The position numbers and the translations under genes are program-made. From assembly GCA_016699975.1 (NCBI GenBank), contig CP064994.1, forward strand, positions 848,311 through 912,310: a stretch of 64,000 bases of DNA, written 5' to 3'. Source of the DNA: Candidatus Moraniibacteriota bacterium. GTDB taxonomy: Bacteria; Patescibacteriota; Minisyncoccia; Moranbacterales; UBA1568. Below are positions 39,285 to 50,223 of the stretch, piece after piece; position 1 is the first letter of the stretch; each line of letters begins with the position of its first letter. The notes beneath the pieces are model-generated. The model ran no database searches, had not been told where the DNA came from, and saw only the letters and a program-made list of their open reading frames with translations.

Positions 39285-40690
39285 ATGATCAAACCAAAAT
39301 ATTTTCTCTACGCGCGCAAGAGTACTGAAGACGATGATCGCCAGGTAATGAGTATTGAGGCGCAGCTTTTTGAATTGCGAGAATATGCGCGTAAAGAAAA
39401 TCTTGAAATCCTGAAGGAATTTCAAGAGTCGAAAAGCGCAAAGACGCCAGGGCGAGAGGTATTCGGAAAGTTGATGGAACGAATTGAAAACGTGATGGAG
39501 TCGGTATTCTCGCGTGGCATCCTGATCGCTTGGCGCGTAATTCGATGGATGGCGGGCGCGTGGTGTACGCCGTCGATCAAAAGAAAATCGTGTCTTTGCG
39601 CTTTCCGACTTTTTGGTTTGAACCGACCCCGCAGGGGCTCTTTATGTTGCAAGTGGCGTTCGGACAATCCAAATACTATTCCGACAACCTCGCCGAGAAT
39701 ATCAAGCGAGGAATCCGCCAAAAATTGCGCCGTGGCGAGTGGCTCAACCTCGCTCCCTTTGGTTATATGAACGATCCTGTGAAGCGAAATATTGCGCCAC
39801 ATCCCACGGAAGCGCGGATTGTGCAGCTCGCGTTTGATGAGTACGCAAAAGGAACGCACACTTTCTTGTCTCTTGGCGCATTTTTGGCGGAACTTGGCGT
39901 GGTCAGTCGGAATGGAACGCCACTTGCCAAAGCTTCCATCAAACGGCTCATCACCAACCGTGCCTATCTCGGTTTTGTGAAGCACGGTAAGGAATGGTTT
40001 GATGGAAACTTTGAGCCCCTGATTTCTCCCGCTTTGTTTGAAGCCGTGCAGAAGATACTTTTGGCGAGAGAGCGACCGCGCAAGCGGAAAATGAAGCATG
40101 ATTTTCCGTTTACTGGACTTTTTCGATGTGGCGAGTGTGGTAGTATGATTTCCGCCCAATGGACGACGAATCGGCATGGCACGAAGTATCGCTACTATCG
40201 GTGCTCGAAAAAGCGCGGTCGCTGTTCGCAGTCGTACATTCAGGAGAAAACCCTCGCCAAACAATTACGAGCACGGCTTCAAACCATTTCGCTGTGTGAT
40301 CACTACACTGACTGGATGTTGGGTAAGGTGAAGGAATGGGAGCATGAAGAAGTATCGGCATCACACAGCGAAATACAAAATCTTTCAGCAACTATCAAAG
40401 CGAGTGAGGCGCGCCTGGAGAAGTTGGTTTCGATGTATTTAGATGGTGATGTTACCAAAGAAATCTACCTTCGCAAAAAAGATGAAAGTATGCGCGCCAC
40501 TCTCGCTTTGCGGGAAAAGCTGAAAGATTTGGAAAGCGGGAGAAATCAGTGGGTCGAACCCCTGCGAGAATGGATTTTGGATACGAAACAAGCCGATTTT
40601 TTGGTCGAGCATGAGGATTTGCACCAAACAAAAAGGCTCGTCCAAAAAATCGGAACGAACCCCATTGTTCGTGACAAATCCGCCCGCTTC
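39285..40690 (+). CDS. Large serine recombinase (resolvase catalytic domain, recombinase domain, zinc ribbon, coiled coil) with one frame break near 39500
   Basis: The N-terminal catalytic region is YARKSTEDDDRQVMSIEAQL... The second frame continues with ...GILAWHPDRLARN... The CGECGSMISAQW...YYRCSKKRGRC zinc ribbon follows. The end coordinate is approximate because the ORF runs into IR-B' and the tRNA. Confidence 0.75.
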
Positions 40691-40805
40691 AGCCTGTCCA
40701 CCCCATTCAGATTCGTCGCGGAGCGACGCCACCTTCTGTCTTCTTCCGCGCCTTCGGCGCACCGATCCTTTTCCCTTTCGGATTCGGAAGTTTCAATTTG
40801 CGGAG
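40678..40805. repeat. Inverted repeat IR-B' (right copy). Its last 5 nt overlap the tRNA-Ser 3' end.
   Basis: See IR-B. Confidence 0.85.
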
Positions 40806-40887
40806 AGGCAGGGATTCGAACCCTGGAAGGGGTTTCCCCCTTAACACATTAGCAGTGTGCTGCTTTCAGCCACTCAGCCACCTCTCC
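40801..40887 (-). tRNA. tRNA-Ser (anticodon GCU), class II with long variable arm. No encoded CCA.
   Basis: The minus-strand sequence folds as acceptor GGAGAGG, D-arm GCT..AGC, anticodon stem GCACA/TGTGT with loop CTGCTAA, a long variable arm, and T-arm CAGGG-TTCGAAT-CCCTG. The sequence is GGAGAGGTGGCTGAGTGGCTGAAAGCAGCACACTGCTAATGTGTTAAGGGGGAAACCCCTTCCAGGGTTCGAATCCCTGCCTCTCCG. Confidence 0.8.
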
Positions 40888-41357
40888 GTTTCCTGTATTG
40901 CTCCCCACTTTTCCCTTTCTTTGGGAAAGCAACCAAAGGAGCCTGGAATTTGAAAAGAGCGCTCTGCCATAAGGCAAGGCATCAGCCTTCCCCAGACTCT
41001 CCAAGAAAAGAAAGGCTCGCAGGATGCTCACAAAAAGTTGCAGCCTTCCTGAGAGACCTTTTGGCACTTTTTCTTCACTTTTCTTCGTCAGTTTTCTTCG
41101 TCAGGGACTTTTCCTCCCGCCAGTGTATCACCGAGGAAAGGCGTGTGGCAAGAAGCCTGCTTGCGCAAAGGAAAGAAACATGCTACACTCGCGGCAGTAG
41201 TAAGTTTCTCTCAGGTAGGTTTCTGGCGGAACCTCGTGATGCTTTTAGCAGAGCGAGGCATTCTAAGGGCAAGGTTTCAAGCTTTTAGGGAAAGCGGGAG
41301 CAGTCTACGGAGAAGGTCGTCTTACTCGCGTTATTTTCTTTGAGAACTTCACTTGCT

Positions 41358-41669
41358 ATGGCACAGAAGCTCTACGTCGGAAACCTCTCGTACGGAACAA
41401 CGGATGACTCTCTTCGCGATGCATTCGCAGAAGCGGGTTCTGTTGCCTCGGCGACGGTCATCACCGACCGCGCAACCGGACGTTCGAAAGGTTTCGGCTT
41501 TGTCGAAATGTCTTCGGATGCCGATGCCGAAAAGGCAATCGCCATGTGGAACGGAAAGGATCTCGATGGTCGCACCCTCGTTGTAAACGAGGCTCGCCCA
41601 TTTGAGCCCCGCCCGCGCCAAGGCGGAAACGGCGGCGGATACGCCGGCGGCAACAAGCGAGAGTGGTAA
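41358..41669 (+). CDS. RRM-domain RNA-binding protein with a Gly-rich tail
   Basis: RNP-2 LYVGNL and RNP-1 KGFGFVEM motifs, plus a C-terminal GGNGGGYAGGN stretch. Confidence 0.8.
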   Translation: MAQKLYVGNLSYGTTDDSLRDAFAEAGSVASATVITDRATGRSKGFGFVEMSSDADAEKAIAMWNGKDLDGRTLVVNEARPFEPRPRQGGNGGGYAGGNKREW

Positions 41670-41865
41670 TTCACCCTTCTTGTCACCAAAAAACTCCCTT
41701 TCGGGGGAGTTTTTGTTTTTTATGGAGAAGTAAACATTCTTTGCTCTGAGAGGGTCAGGACAACATTACTCTGCCAAGAACAGCTCCCACGAAAAACTAG
41801 GGAAAAGTAGGGATCAGAGAAGCCGCGCCCCATCCTTCTCGTTCCTTTGAGTTTGAGAAAAAAAT

Positions 41866-44027
41866 TCAGCGAATTACGACGCGGGTTCCGACATCCGCCC
41901 ATTCATACACGCGCTTCGCATTCCCCACTCCGAGCCGAACGCAGCCGTGAGAGACCGGGGTGCCAAGGTGATTCGCACCTTCTTTGTAGCCGCCAGGCCA
42001 TTCGGGGAGTTCATGGAGGCCGAATTTTCCGTCAGAAGTAATCGCCATCCAGTATGGCATATAGAGACTGTAGGCTTTCGACCACGGCCGGAGCGCTTTA
42101 TTGTGAATAGAAAATTCTCCTTTCGGCGTATCCATTCCCCGCTTCCCCGAAGAAACCAGAAAAGAATCGAGAGCCTGCCCTTCTTCGAACAGCACCATCA
42201 CCTGGCTCGAAAGATTAATATCGATATATTTTCCAGTTGAGAAAAGAGGGGTCGTATATCGCTTCGCCTGCGTGAGACGCGTCGGAAAATCTTTGGCCCA
42301 TTCCGAAGGAGCGGGCGGCATCGTCTCGAAACTTCCCCGATAGAGCGTAGTAAATGTCCGCGCACTTGCTTCCCGATGCCGCGCACGAACGCTGAGCTGG
42401 TAACGCTTCCCTGACTCGAGATTTTTCGGCAAGAGACGAAATTCAGCCCGCTCGGGATCGGTCTCATAGAGAAGCGCGCGTTCCCCGTTTACAGAAAATT
42501 CAAAAAACGTATCGGAAGCGGGGCGACTGAGGGTCACCACAATTGGATCCTCGGCACCCATGAGCACATCTTTTTCTCCATCTCGCGGCGAAACCGAGGT
42601 AACCATGGGCGGCTCCCACACACGAAAATGAAAAATTGTCTCCGGGATTTCGCCCATCCATACCGTTTGTCCGGGAGGCAAAGACAGGGTATATTCATTC
42701 CCCGATTCCCATTGTTTCTCTGGAAGAATACGAAGCGTCGCATTCTTTTCTTCCCATTCGAAGAGGACGGGAACCTGAGGACTGATTCGAATCCGTTCCG
42801 TATACTCCGTCGTTTTGACCGGCGAAGTGAAATGCACGCGAAGCGCAGCATCCGGACGAACATCGGTGAGCCCGGACTCAAGTGCGGGGCGCACCTCGAC
42901 AATTCTCGCGTACGATCGAACTCCGTACAAAAACCCCGAAAGGAGAAACAAAAAAATCGAGTTCCCCTTCCCCTTCGCTCTTCTTGGGTGGAAATGGAAA
43001 GAAAATGCTTGTTCTTTTTTGTACGATTCAAAATCAGGGTTTCCCGAAAATTGCTTCTCGAGGAGCGGAACGCCGGATACGAACAGAATGAGTATCGTGA
43101 TGGTGAGAGGGCCGAGAATGGTCCACCATTGCCCACCCGCCGCAGCGATACCATAGATTCCCCACCAGAGCATTACTTCGCCGAAATAGTTGGGGTGTCG
43201 GCTGTATCGCCACAAGCCACGGTCCATGATTTTTCCCCGGTTGGCGGTATCGGAGAGAAAAGTTGCAAGTTGTCTGTCCGCGAATGTTTCAAAGAGAAAT
43301 CCTGTCACCCACACGAGAAGCCCAACACCATACCAGGGAGACCAGCGTGGCAACGGAGCAAGATTGAGGGAAATAACAGGAAGAGCGACCAAAAAAAGAA
43401 GCATCCCTTGAAGAAGAAAAACCTGTACGTAGGAACGAAGCACAAACCACTTTCCCCACGTTTTTCTCCAAAGCGCATAACGAGCATCTTCCGGCTTGGA
43501 ATGATTCCTCTCATGAATATGAAAGGAAAGACGCAATCCCCAGAGCGTTACGGCAACAGTTACCGTGAGAGCGACCCAGTGAACTCCATGCGGAGAAATG
43601 AAGAAAGAGGTCCACGCCGCCAGAATGAATCCGAGTCCCCATGCCGTATCAGCTACGTCGTTTCGTTTCTGAAGAAGCGAAACAAAAAACCATATGGTCA
43701 TATACACGAACACGGCAACAGCGACTGTTGCGTAGAAGTTCATACGACCAATTTTGGCGATCAAAAAGGTGAGAGACGAAACAGATCCTGCAAGCACCAT
43801 ACCCCAAATCATATCCACAATCGTTACCGTGAGAGGCCAGTCCTTGAGTGTTGCAAGGTTGGTAAGGTCATAGGTAGCGTACGTCACGAGTCCGAAGAAG
43901 GCTCCCAAGACAAGAGCATGGGTCAAAGAGTTTTTTCTGTAGCCGGAACTATCACAAAAATGATAAGCGCAGCGATAAACAGAAGATAGAAAATGATCGC
44001 AGCGGTCCAATTGATGTTTAGCGCCAT
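41866..44027 (-). CDS. Multidomain membrane protein combining DUF2177-like and DUF1295-like (RHPNYFGE) N-terminal membrane domains, a linker and a C-terminal L,D-transpeptidase (YkuD) domain. A 1-nt frame break falls near 43930.
   Basis: MALNINWTAAIIFYLLFIAALIIFVIVPATEK (frame 1) is followed in the main ORF by SLTHALVLGAFFGLVTYATYDLTN...WRYSRHPNYFGEVMLWWG ... and at the C-terminus by ...TPKGEFSIHNK...GTPVSHGCVRLGVGNAKRVYEW. Confidence 0.6.
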
Positions 44028-44145
44028 CAAGAATCCCAATTGTTGCTTGTAAATGCACGTGCTATGAAACCTAACCATACCATGTCAATCGCAAAAAAAA
44101 TCGGGAGAGCGATCGCGTAGAGTTTCCAAAACATAATACTGTATC

Positions 44146-44544
44146 TTACTTGTTAAGAGAGGTGACACTGAGCTGTAGAACCGTAGCAAAGAGCCCCCAC
44201 AATAAATAGGGAATATTCACGTAGACGACCCACTTCATGTGAGGCCACACGGCAAAGAAGGCCCATACAAGCGTAGCGACGACCAGGAGAATATCAATAG
44301 ATGCCAGAAAGTTGTTTCTGAGACCAAATTGAAGTGGAGTAAAAGCGAAATTAAAGAGGAGATTGAGCGCAAACGGCACCGCGACAGACGCAGGGATATG
44401 CTTCACAAGGACCTTGTAAAAGACCGCTCCGAAGGAAACGGCAATAATAATATACAATGCTGTCCACACGGGTCCAAAGAGCCAGCTCGGTGGAGCCCAT
44501 GACGGTTTCTCGAGCTCGGCGTACCATTTGTAGGAATTTTCCAT
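44146..44544 (-). CDS. tspO: TspO/MBR family tryptophan-rich sensory protein
   Basis: WYAELEKPSWAPPSWLFGPVWTALYIIIAV is the family N-terminal signature. 132 aa with 4-5 TM helices. Confidence 0.7.
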   Translation of the reverse strand: MENSYKWYAELEKPSWAPPSWLFGPVWTALYIIIAVSFGAVFYKVLVKHIPASVAVPFALNLLFNFAFTPLQFGLRNNFLASIDILLVVATLVWAFFAVWPHMKWVVYVNIPYLLWGLFATVLQLSVTSLNK

Positions 44545-44683
44545 AGTTCGATTGTGAATAATGAACCACCTTTATCATACACCTTTTCAGCGTAGAGCGC
44601 TTCCATGAAACTTGAAAACTGTGCATGTTTCATCTTGATAAAAGATTTTTCTCCTTCTGCACTCACGGCTCTCGATATTAATA

Positions 44684-45043
44684 TCATTTGTAGAGAAGTA
44701 TTCCCTCTATAGCCAACCATATCTTTACAAGAGATTTTCTGTATTCTGCGCAATATTCCCTGCATAAGTTATTTTCCATCCCTCTCCTGCGCCCCGGGTC
44801 TGCGGGTGGGCAGCCAGGCCAACAACAAGGACGCGTCTTTCCTTCGGCGAGTTCAATGCATGCTCGTCTGATATGCTCTCTCCTTGTTTCCAGTTTCTTC
44901 ACGAGAGTGATCCAGCAAATCCACTCGTTTCGGGCGAGCGGCGTGAGTTTGTCCCAGATAGTCTTTACATTCGGCACAGATTTGAGAGTCTCTTTCAAAT
45001 CCTTTGGGACCACGTGCAATCTCTCAAAAGATTTTTTTATCAT
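44684..45043 (-). CDS. YdeI/OmpD-associated (DUF1905-like) family protein with an atypical extended C-terminus
   Basis: ...NEWICWITLVKKLETRREHIRRACIELAEGKTRPCCWPGCP... is the family core. The ORF continues ~45 aa past the usual end. Confidence 0.5.
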   Translation of the reverse strand: MIKKSFERLHVVPKDLKETLKSVPNVKTIWDKLTPLARNEWICWITLVKKLETRREHIRRACIELAEGKTRPCCWPGCPPADPGRRRGMENNLCREYCAEYRKSLVKIWLAIEGILLYK

Positions 45044-45796
45044 AATTAATTAAAAAGAATAGCCGTTTTTATGATTCACCATTTTCTGGATAAAGGAATT
45101 TTTGTCTGACATGCTCTTTCTTCAAAGTTCATATACAGACCTTCAGTGTAAAAAATGGACACCCACTTTTGGTGTAAGGATCTTCGAGGTAAAGAATCTC
45201 AGATAGTTCCGGTATTCTTGAGGAGCAGGCGTTATCAAGGCGACTCATTGACAGAGGAAAAGAAGCATTCCCCCACGTCGAGGGAAACTTATTGATATCA
45301 TGAAGTTCCACTCTTTTTCCCATAGGCTTGAATAAACAAACACTAACCGATATCATGCGACCGAATCTGAAATTACTACGATTTGAAATCTCTTCTACAT
45401 TTTTCTCTCACACGAATACTGGAATACACTCAAAAGGCCGCCTTATTACTTTTAGCCCAGGGCACTTGATATTTCTGGTGATATATCTTCTCGTTCTGTT
45501 TCTGATTTTCAATTTCAAAGGAGAACCTATTTTAGGAAAAAATCCGTAGGTTTTTGTGACGAAGAACACTTGTATCTCAATCACACTCGACAAGCTTGGA
45601 CGGAGCAAAACCAAAAAATTTCCCCATCATTTTTTATGTGAATTTCCTCTAACACTCCCCGTCGCGAAAAGAAAAGGCGCGGCACAATATATTTTTGCAT
45701 CTGTTCACTTTTCCCTCCCGTGCACACGCATCATGACTGCTGTTTTTGAAGAACAACATAAAACGCCGAGAATGACCTCCTGAAATACTACTACCC

Positions 45797-46440
45797 TCAT
45801 AACTTCCTTAAATCAATTCCATCATACGAGTCAATTATCATATCAGCATGGTTCAATTGATCTTGGTAAAGTAGTCGTGATCCCGATACAAAAACATGCC
45901 TGCATTTTCGCTGCTTGAATGCCTTTTTTGGAGAATCCTCAACGACGAAACAATTGCTCGGATCGGTTCCCATTTCTTCGGCAGCGTAAAGATAGATGGC
46001 GGGATTAAGGTTTCGATACATTGCCAACATCGGACGCTTTATAAATATGTTTTCCAAACTTCTTCTCCAGCTCAATATTTTTCTCGCAAGTCCAAGCAAA
46101 TGGTCGTTAGAAGAAGTGGCGATACACGTTTTCAGTCCAGCAGAACAATGCGGCATGGAAATTCTCAAAACCCGTAATGTAGGCAGACTGTTAAATATTC
46201 TTGTTCAAGCAAAGATTGACGCTCGGCAGTCAATGAATCCACGTCGCCTTGAAAATTATATCTTTCTTTGAGTAACACTGTACCTCACGCAAATGCATAC
46301 CCATCAAAGCAGGGCGACTTCTTCGCGGTTATAGACCGCTTCATGTTTCCTGAAAATTCCACATCGGCGTTGTCAAATAGAACTTCACTGTCTATGACAA
46401 CGCCATCCATATCAAAAATGAGAGTGTCGTATTTCACCAC
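45797..46440 (-). pseudogene. HAD-superfamily hydrolase (beta-PGM-like) split by a frame break
   Basis: Motif I LIFDMDGVVIDSE is on the minus strand near 46400, in a different frame from the C-terminal part ...AIYLYAAEEMGTDPSNCFVVEDSPKG...VFVS (ORF 45797..46168). Confidence 0.55.
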
Positions 46441-46554
46441 CGATAAGTCCCTTTCACAAGGTCATCAAAAAATAATTTTGTCCACGGGCGAGCTTTTCTC
46501 TTTATCTTTATAGCTAAACCAGACAACTTCCTCACTTCTGCCGCTGGCCTGATC

Positions 46555-46773
46555 TCACCATGGAAATCGGAAGAATAGCACGTCATCTCGAACCATCGTC
46601 CCTTCTGACTTGCCGTGCGCTTGCGCTTCAAAAGTACCGACATACTGTATAGTTTTGGGAATTAAATCAATAGTCAACTCCTCCTTGATTTCCCGTGTCA
46701 ATGCTTCTTGGTCAGATTCCTGTCCGTCTCGCTTTCCGCCCGGATGTATTAAGTGTCCTTTCCGCGCGAGCAT
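46555..46773 (-). pseudogene. NUDIX hydrolase fragment (Nudix box near the N-terminus, 72 aa)
   Basis: GGKRDGQESDQEALTREIKEELTI matches G(x5)E(x7)REUxEExGU. The protein is too short and lacks the N-terminal beta strands. Confidence 0.5.
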
Positions 46774-46799
46774 GTTCCAAGAATCTTCTTATCCTTTAT

Positions 46800-47885
46800 A
46801 TAAATCCACGCCAACTTATCAATGTAATTTTTTCCATACGAATATAATATACTCTAAGAATTGGTTAGCCGATATTCTTAAGCGCATTAGCCACTTTATG
46901 GATTCTCTTTTCTCAGTTTTTGACGCTTGTTCATACTTACTCATCTAAATTTACTCTGTTGTACTCATAGAGATTTTTTCAAGGTCATAAAAGCGTTTTC
47001 ATATTGGTTTTCCAGATTCGACAAACCGAGTGGGTTTTTCCTAAATAAATAGATTTCGCTTTTTAAGTAGCTTCCTGGGCACGCTTGGGGCGTCCACGTC
47101 TTTCTTGTCAGTTACAAATTTGTTACCAAATCGAAATATACCTTTTTGCGAAAGATAAAATAGTGTGATCTCTTCCAAAATAAAAATTACTTCTCGTTCA
47201 CCAACTCCGTGTCCAGTATCTTTACCATCCTCCTCTGACATATTTTCTAAAAACGGGGTCATTCTTGTATAAATCCAGTACAGCTTTATAGGTGTGTTGG
47301 GAAGGCATTCAGGAATTGTCTAAAAGGAGTTGCCCAAAAGTAGTAAAGGAAAATGCTTTAAGTATCCATTTTTGATCTTTCTTCAAAGATTCAGAAAAAG
47401 CGTTTTTATGCGAAATCATTAACAATTTAAATTTATTCCGCAATTTATAAACTGGGTTATCGGAATTAAAATAGAGATAATCACCACAAAAAATGACCGT
47501 TCCAATACCACCTGTATGCTATATTTCTGAAGCAAGATGTTTTAGATACTCAAAACATTTCTTTGGACTTTTGAGCATTCCCTATACGGCTTTATTGGAA
47601 TACCGAACAAGAGTATCCCTTCACTCCGTAGGAACTTTGTTGATATCGAAAAATTTGTCTCCAGAAAATTTTTTTCATATCTAGGGGATTAAATCCTCGA
47701 TTGTGACATCAAGGGTTTTCGCAATTTTGCTCACAATGAACACTGATGTCTCTTTAATAACATAAGTTTCAATTTTTCGGGAGAGAGAATGGATTCCTTC
47801 GGGGCCGGGCTCATGAGACATTTCGCTCTTCGAATCCTGGGCGCCCAGCAGCTAGCGTTCTTCTCTTCCGTGTTCAATTTCCAAG
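46800..47885. repeat. Tandem direct repeat unit 1 (~1.09 kb, AT-rich, degenerate coding). It ends in a partial tRNA-Ser 3'-end-like sequence.
   Basis: About 93% identity to 48262..49340 with many short indels. The 3' end GGAGAGAGAATGGATTC resembles the tRNA 3' end GGAGAGAGTGGGATTC. Confidence 0.8.
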
Positions 47886-48261
47886 GTGTTTTTGGACGAA
47901 GTTCTGAACATTTTTTGAGCAAACCCCCAATAAGGAAGCTAAATTGTTGCTGCTTGGAAACCTCGCCAATTTTTAAAAGCTACAATTTGATTTATAGCAA
48001 GACTTTTTTCTTCTAAAGGAAAAAAGAAAAACTTTGTAGTATTCTGCTCTGTAATGAGCAGGACGGCGGGGGCTGTCCGCTTTTGTATTCGCTCGGGCGT
48101 GGCGGAATTCCCCCCAAACTCCCCTTCCGCTTTTTCTTCTTCAAACGGAACGGGAACGGAAGCTGTATAGAGCAAAATTCTCCTCCAACCTCTTCTTTGT
48201 CGTCATTTCCGCTTGCTCCCGCCTCTAAAACTTTTCGGCGATTTGCGACTAATTTTCACCT

Positions 48262-49339
48262 TTACAAAATCCACGCCAACTTATCAATGTAATTCTTTCC
48301 ATACGAAAATAATATACTCTAAGAATTGGTTAGCCGATATCTTAAGCGCATTAGCCACTTTATGGATTCTCTTTTCTCAGTTTTTGACGCTTGTTCATAC
48401 TTACTCATCTAAATTTACTCTGTTGTAATCATAGAGTAATTTCCTTTCAAGGTCATAAAAAGTGTTTTCATATTGGTTTTTCAGATTCGACAAACCGAGT
48501 GGGTTTTTCCTAAATAAATAGATTTCGCTTTTTAAGTAGCTTCCTGGGCACGCTTGGAGCGTCCACTTCTTTTCTTGTCAGTTACAAATTTGTTACAAAA
48601 TCGAAATATACCTTTTGCGAAAGATAAAATAGTGTGATCTCTTCCAAAATAAAATTACTTCTCGTTCACCAACCCGTGTCCAGTATCTTTACCATCCTCC
48701 TCGACATATTTTCTAAAAACGGGGTCATTCTTGTATAAATCCAGTACAGCTTTATAGGTGTGTTGGTAGGCATCAGAATTGTCTAAAAGGAGTTGCCCAA
48801 AAGTAGTAAAGGAAAATGCTTTAAGTATCCATTTTCGATCTTTCTCAAAAGATTCAGAAAAGGGTTTTATGCGAAATCATTAACAATTTAAATTTATTCC
48901 GCAATTTATAAACTGGCTATCGGAATTAAAATAGAGATAATCACCACAAAATGACCGTTCAATACCACCTGTATGCTGTATTTCTGAAGCAAGATGTTTT
49001 AGATACTCAAAACATTTCTTTGGACTTTGAGCATTCCCTATACGGCTTATTCGAATACCGAACAAGAGTATCCCTTCACTCGTAGGAACTTTGTTGATAT
49101 CGAAAAATTTGTCTCCAGAAAATTCTTTTTTCATATCTATGGGATTAAATCCTCGGTTTGACATCAAGGGTTTTCGCAATTTTGCTCACAATGAACACTG
49201 ATGTCTCTTTAATAACATAAGTTTCAATTTTTCGGAGAGAGAATGGGATTCCCCTTCGGGGCCGGGCTCGCGAGACATTTCGCTCTTCGAATCCCACTGG
49301 GCGCCCAGCAGCTAGCGTTCTTCTCTTCCGTGTTCAATT

Positions 49340-49340
<1 letters not shown>
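48262..49340. repeat. Tandem direct repeat unit 2. It runs directly into tRNA-Ser(UGA).
   Basis: See unit 1. The partial tRNA 3' copy is at ~49237. Confidence 0.8.
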
Positions 49341-50062
<722 letters not shown>

Positions 50063-50069
50063 TCGGTTC

Positions 50070-50142
50070 GCGCTCGTAGCTCAGTGGATAGAGCGTCTGG
50101 TTGCGGTCCAGAAGGTCGCAGGTTCGATTCCTGCCGAGCGCA
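50070..50142 (+). tRNA. tRNA-Arg (anticodon GCG read from loop TTGCGGT). No encoded CCA.
   Basis: GCGCTCGTAGCTCAGTGGATAGAGCGTCTGGTTGCGGTCCAGAAGGTCGCAGGTTCGATTCCTGCCGAGCGCA folds as a perfect cloverleaf with 7-bp acceptor, D-stem GCTC/GAGC, anticodon stem TCTGG/CCAGA and T-arm GCAGG/CCTGC. Confidence 0.7.
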
Positions 50143-50223
50143 CATCCCAAACTTCTTCTCTTCCAGAATATCGAAACACCGATCACACGGTGTTTTTCGG
50201 TTTCCGAAACACAAACTGAACTA

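Noticed and set aside
38980-39288. ORFs encoded within the inverted repeats (also 31081-31368, 40439-40762 and the 39171 start of the recombinase ORF). These are Arg-rich peptides such as MRRRRGRRQKVASLRDESEWGG...
   Set aside because: The same peptide appears on both strands of the IR copies simply because the repeats are inverted. The composition is that of GC-rich palindromic DNA, not protein. They are treated as non-coding repeat sequence.
40857-41343. ORFs 40857-41288 and 41143-41343 in the tRNA/RRM gap
   Set aside because: They have no start context or homology and are Leu/Ser/Arg-rich. The region is more plausibly a UTR or ncRNA (see finding).
42628-43989. 453-aa plus-strand ORF
   Set aside because: It is antisense to the DUF1295/L,D-transpeptidase fusion. 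It is extremely Arg/Lys/Ser-rich with no motifs, so it is a shadow ORF.
47780-47890. Possible third tRNA-Ser at the end of repeat unit 1
   Set aside because: Only the ~17-nt acceptor/T-arm-like 3' piece is present. No D-arm or anticodon arm can be folded. It is an att-type partial copy, not a gene.
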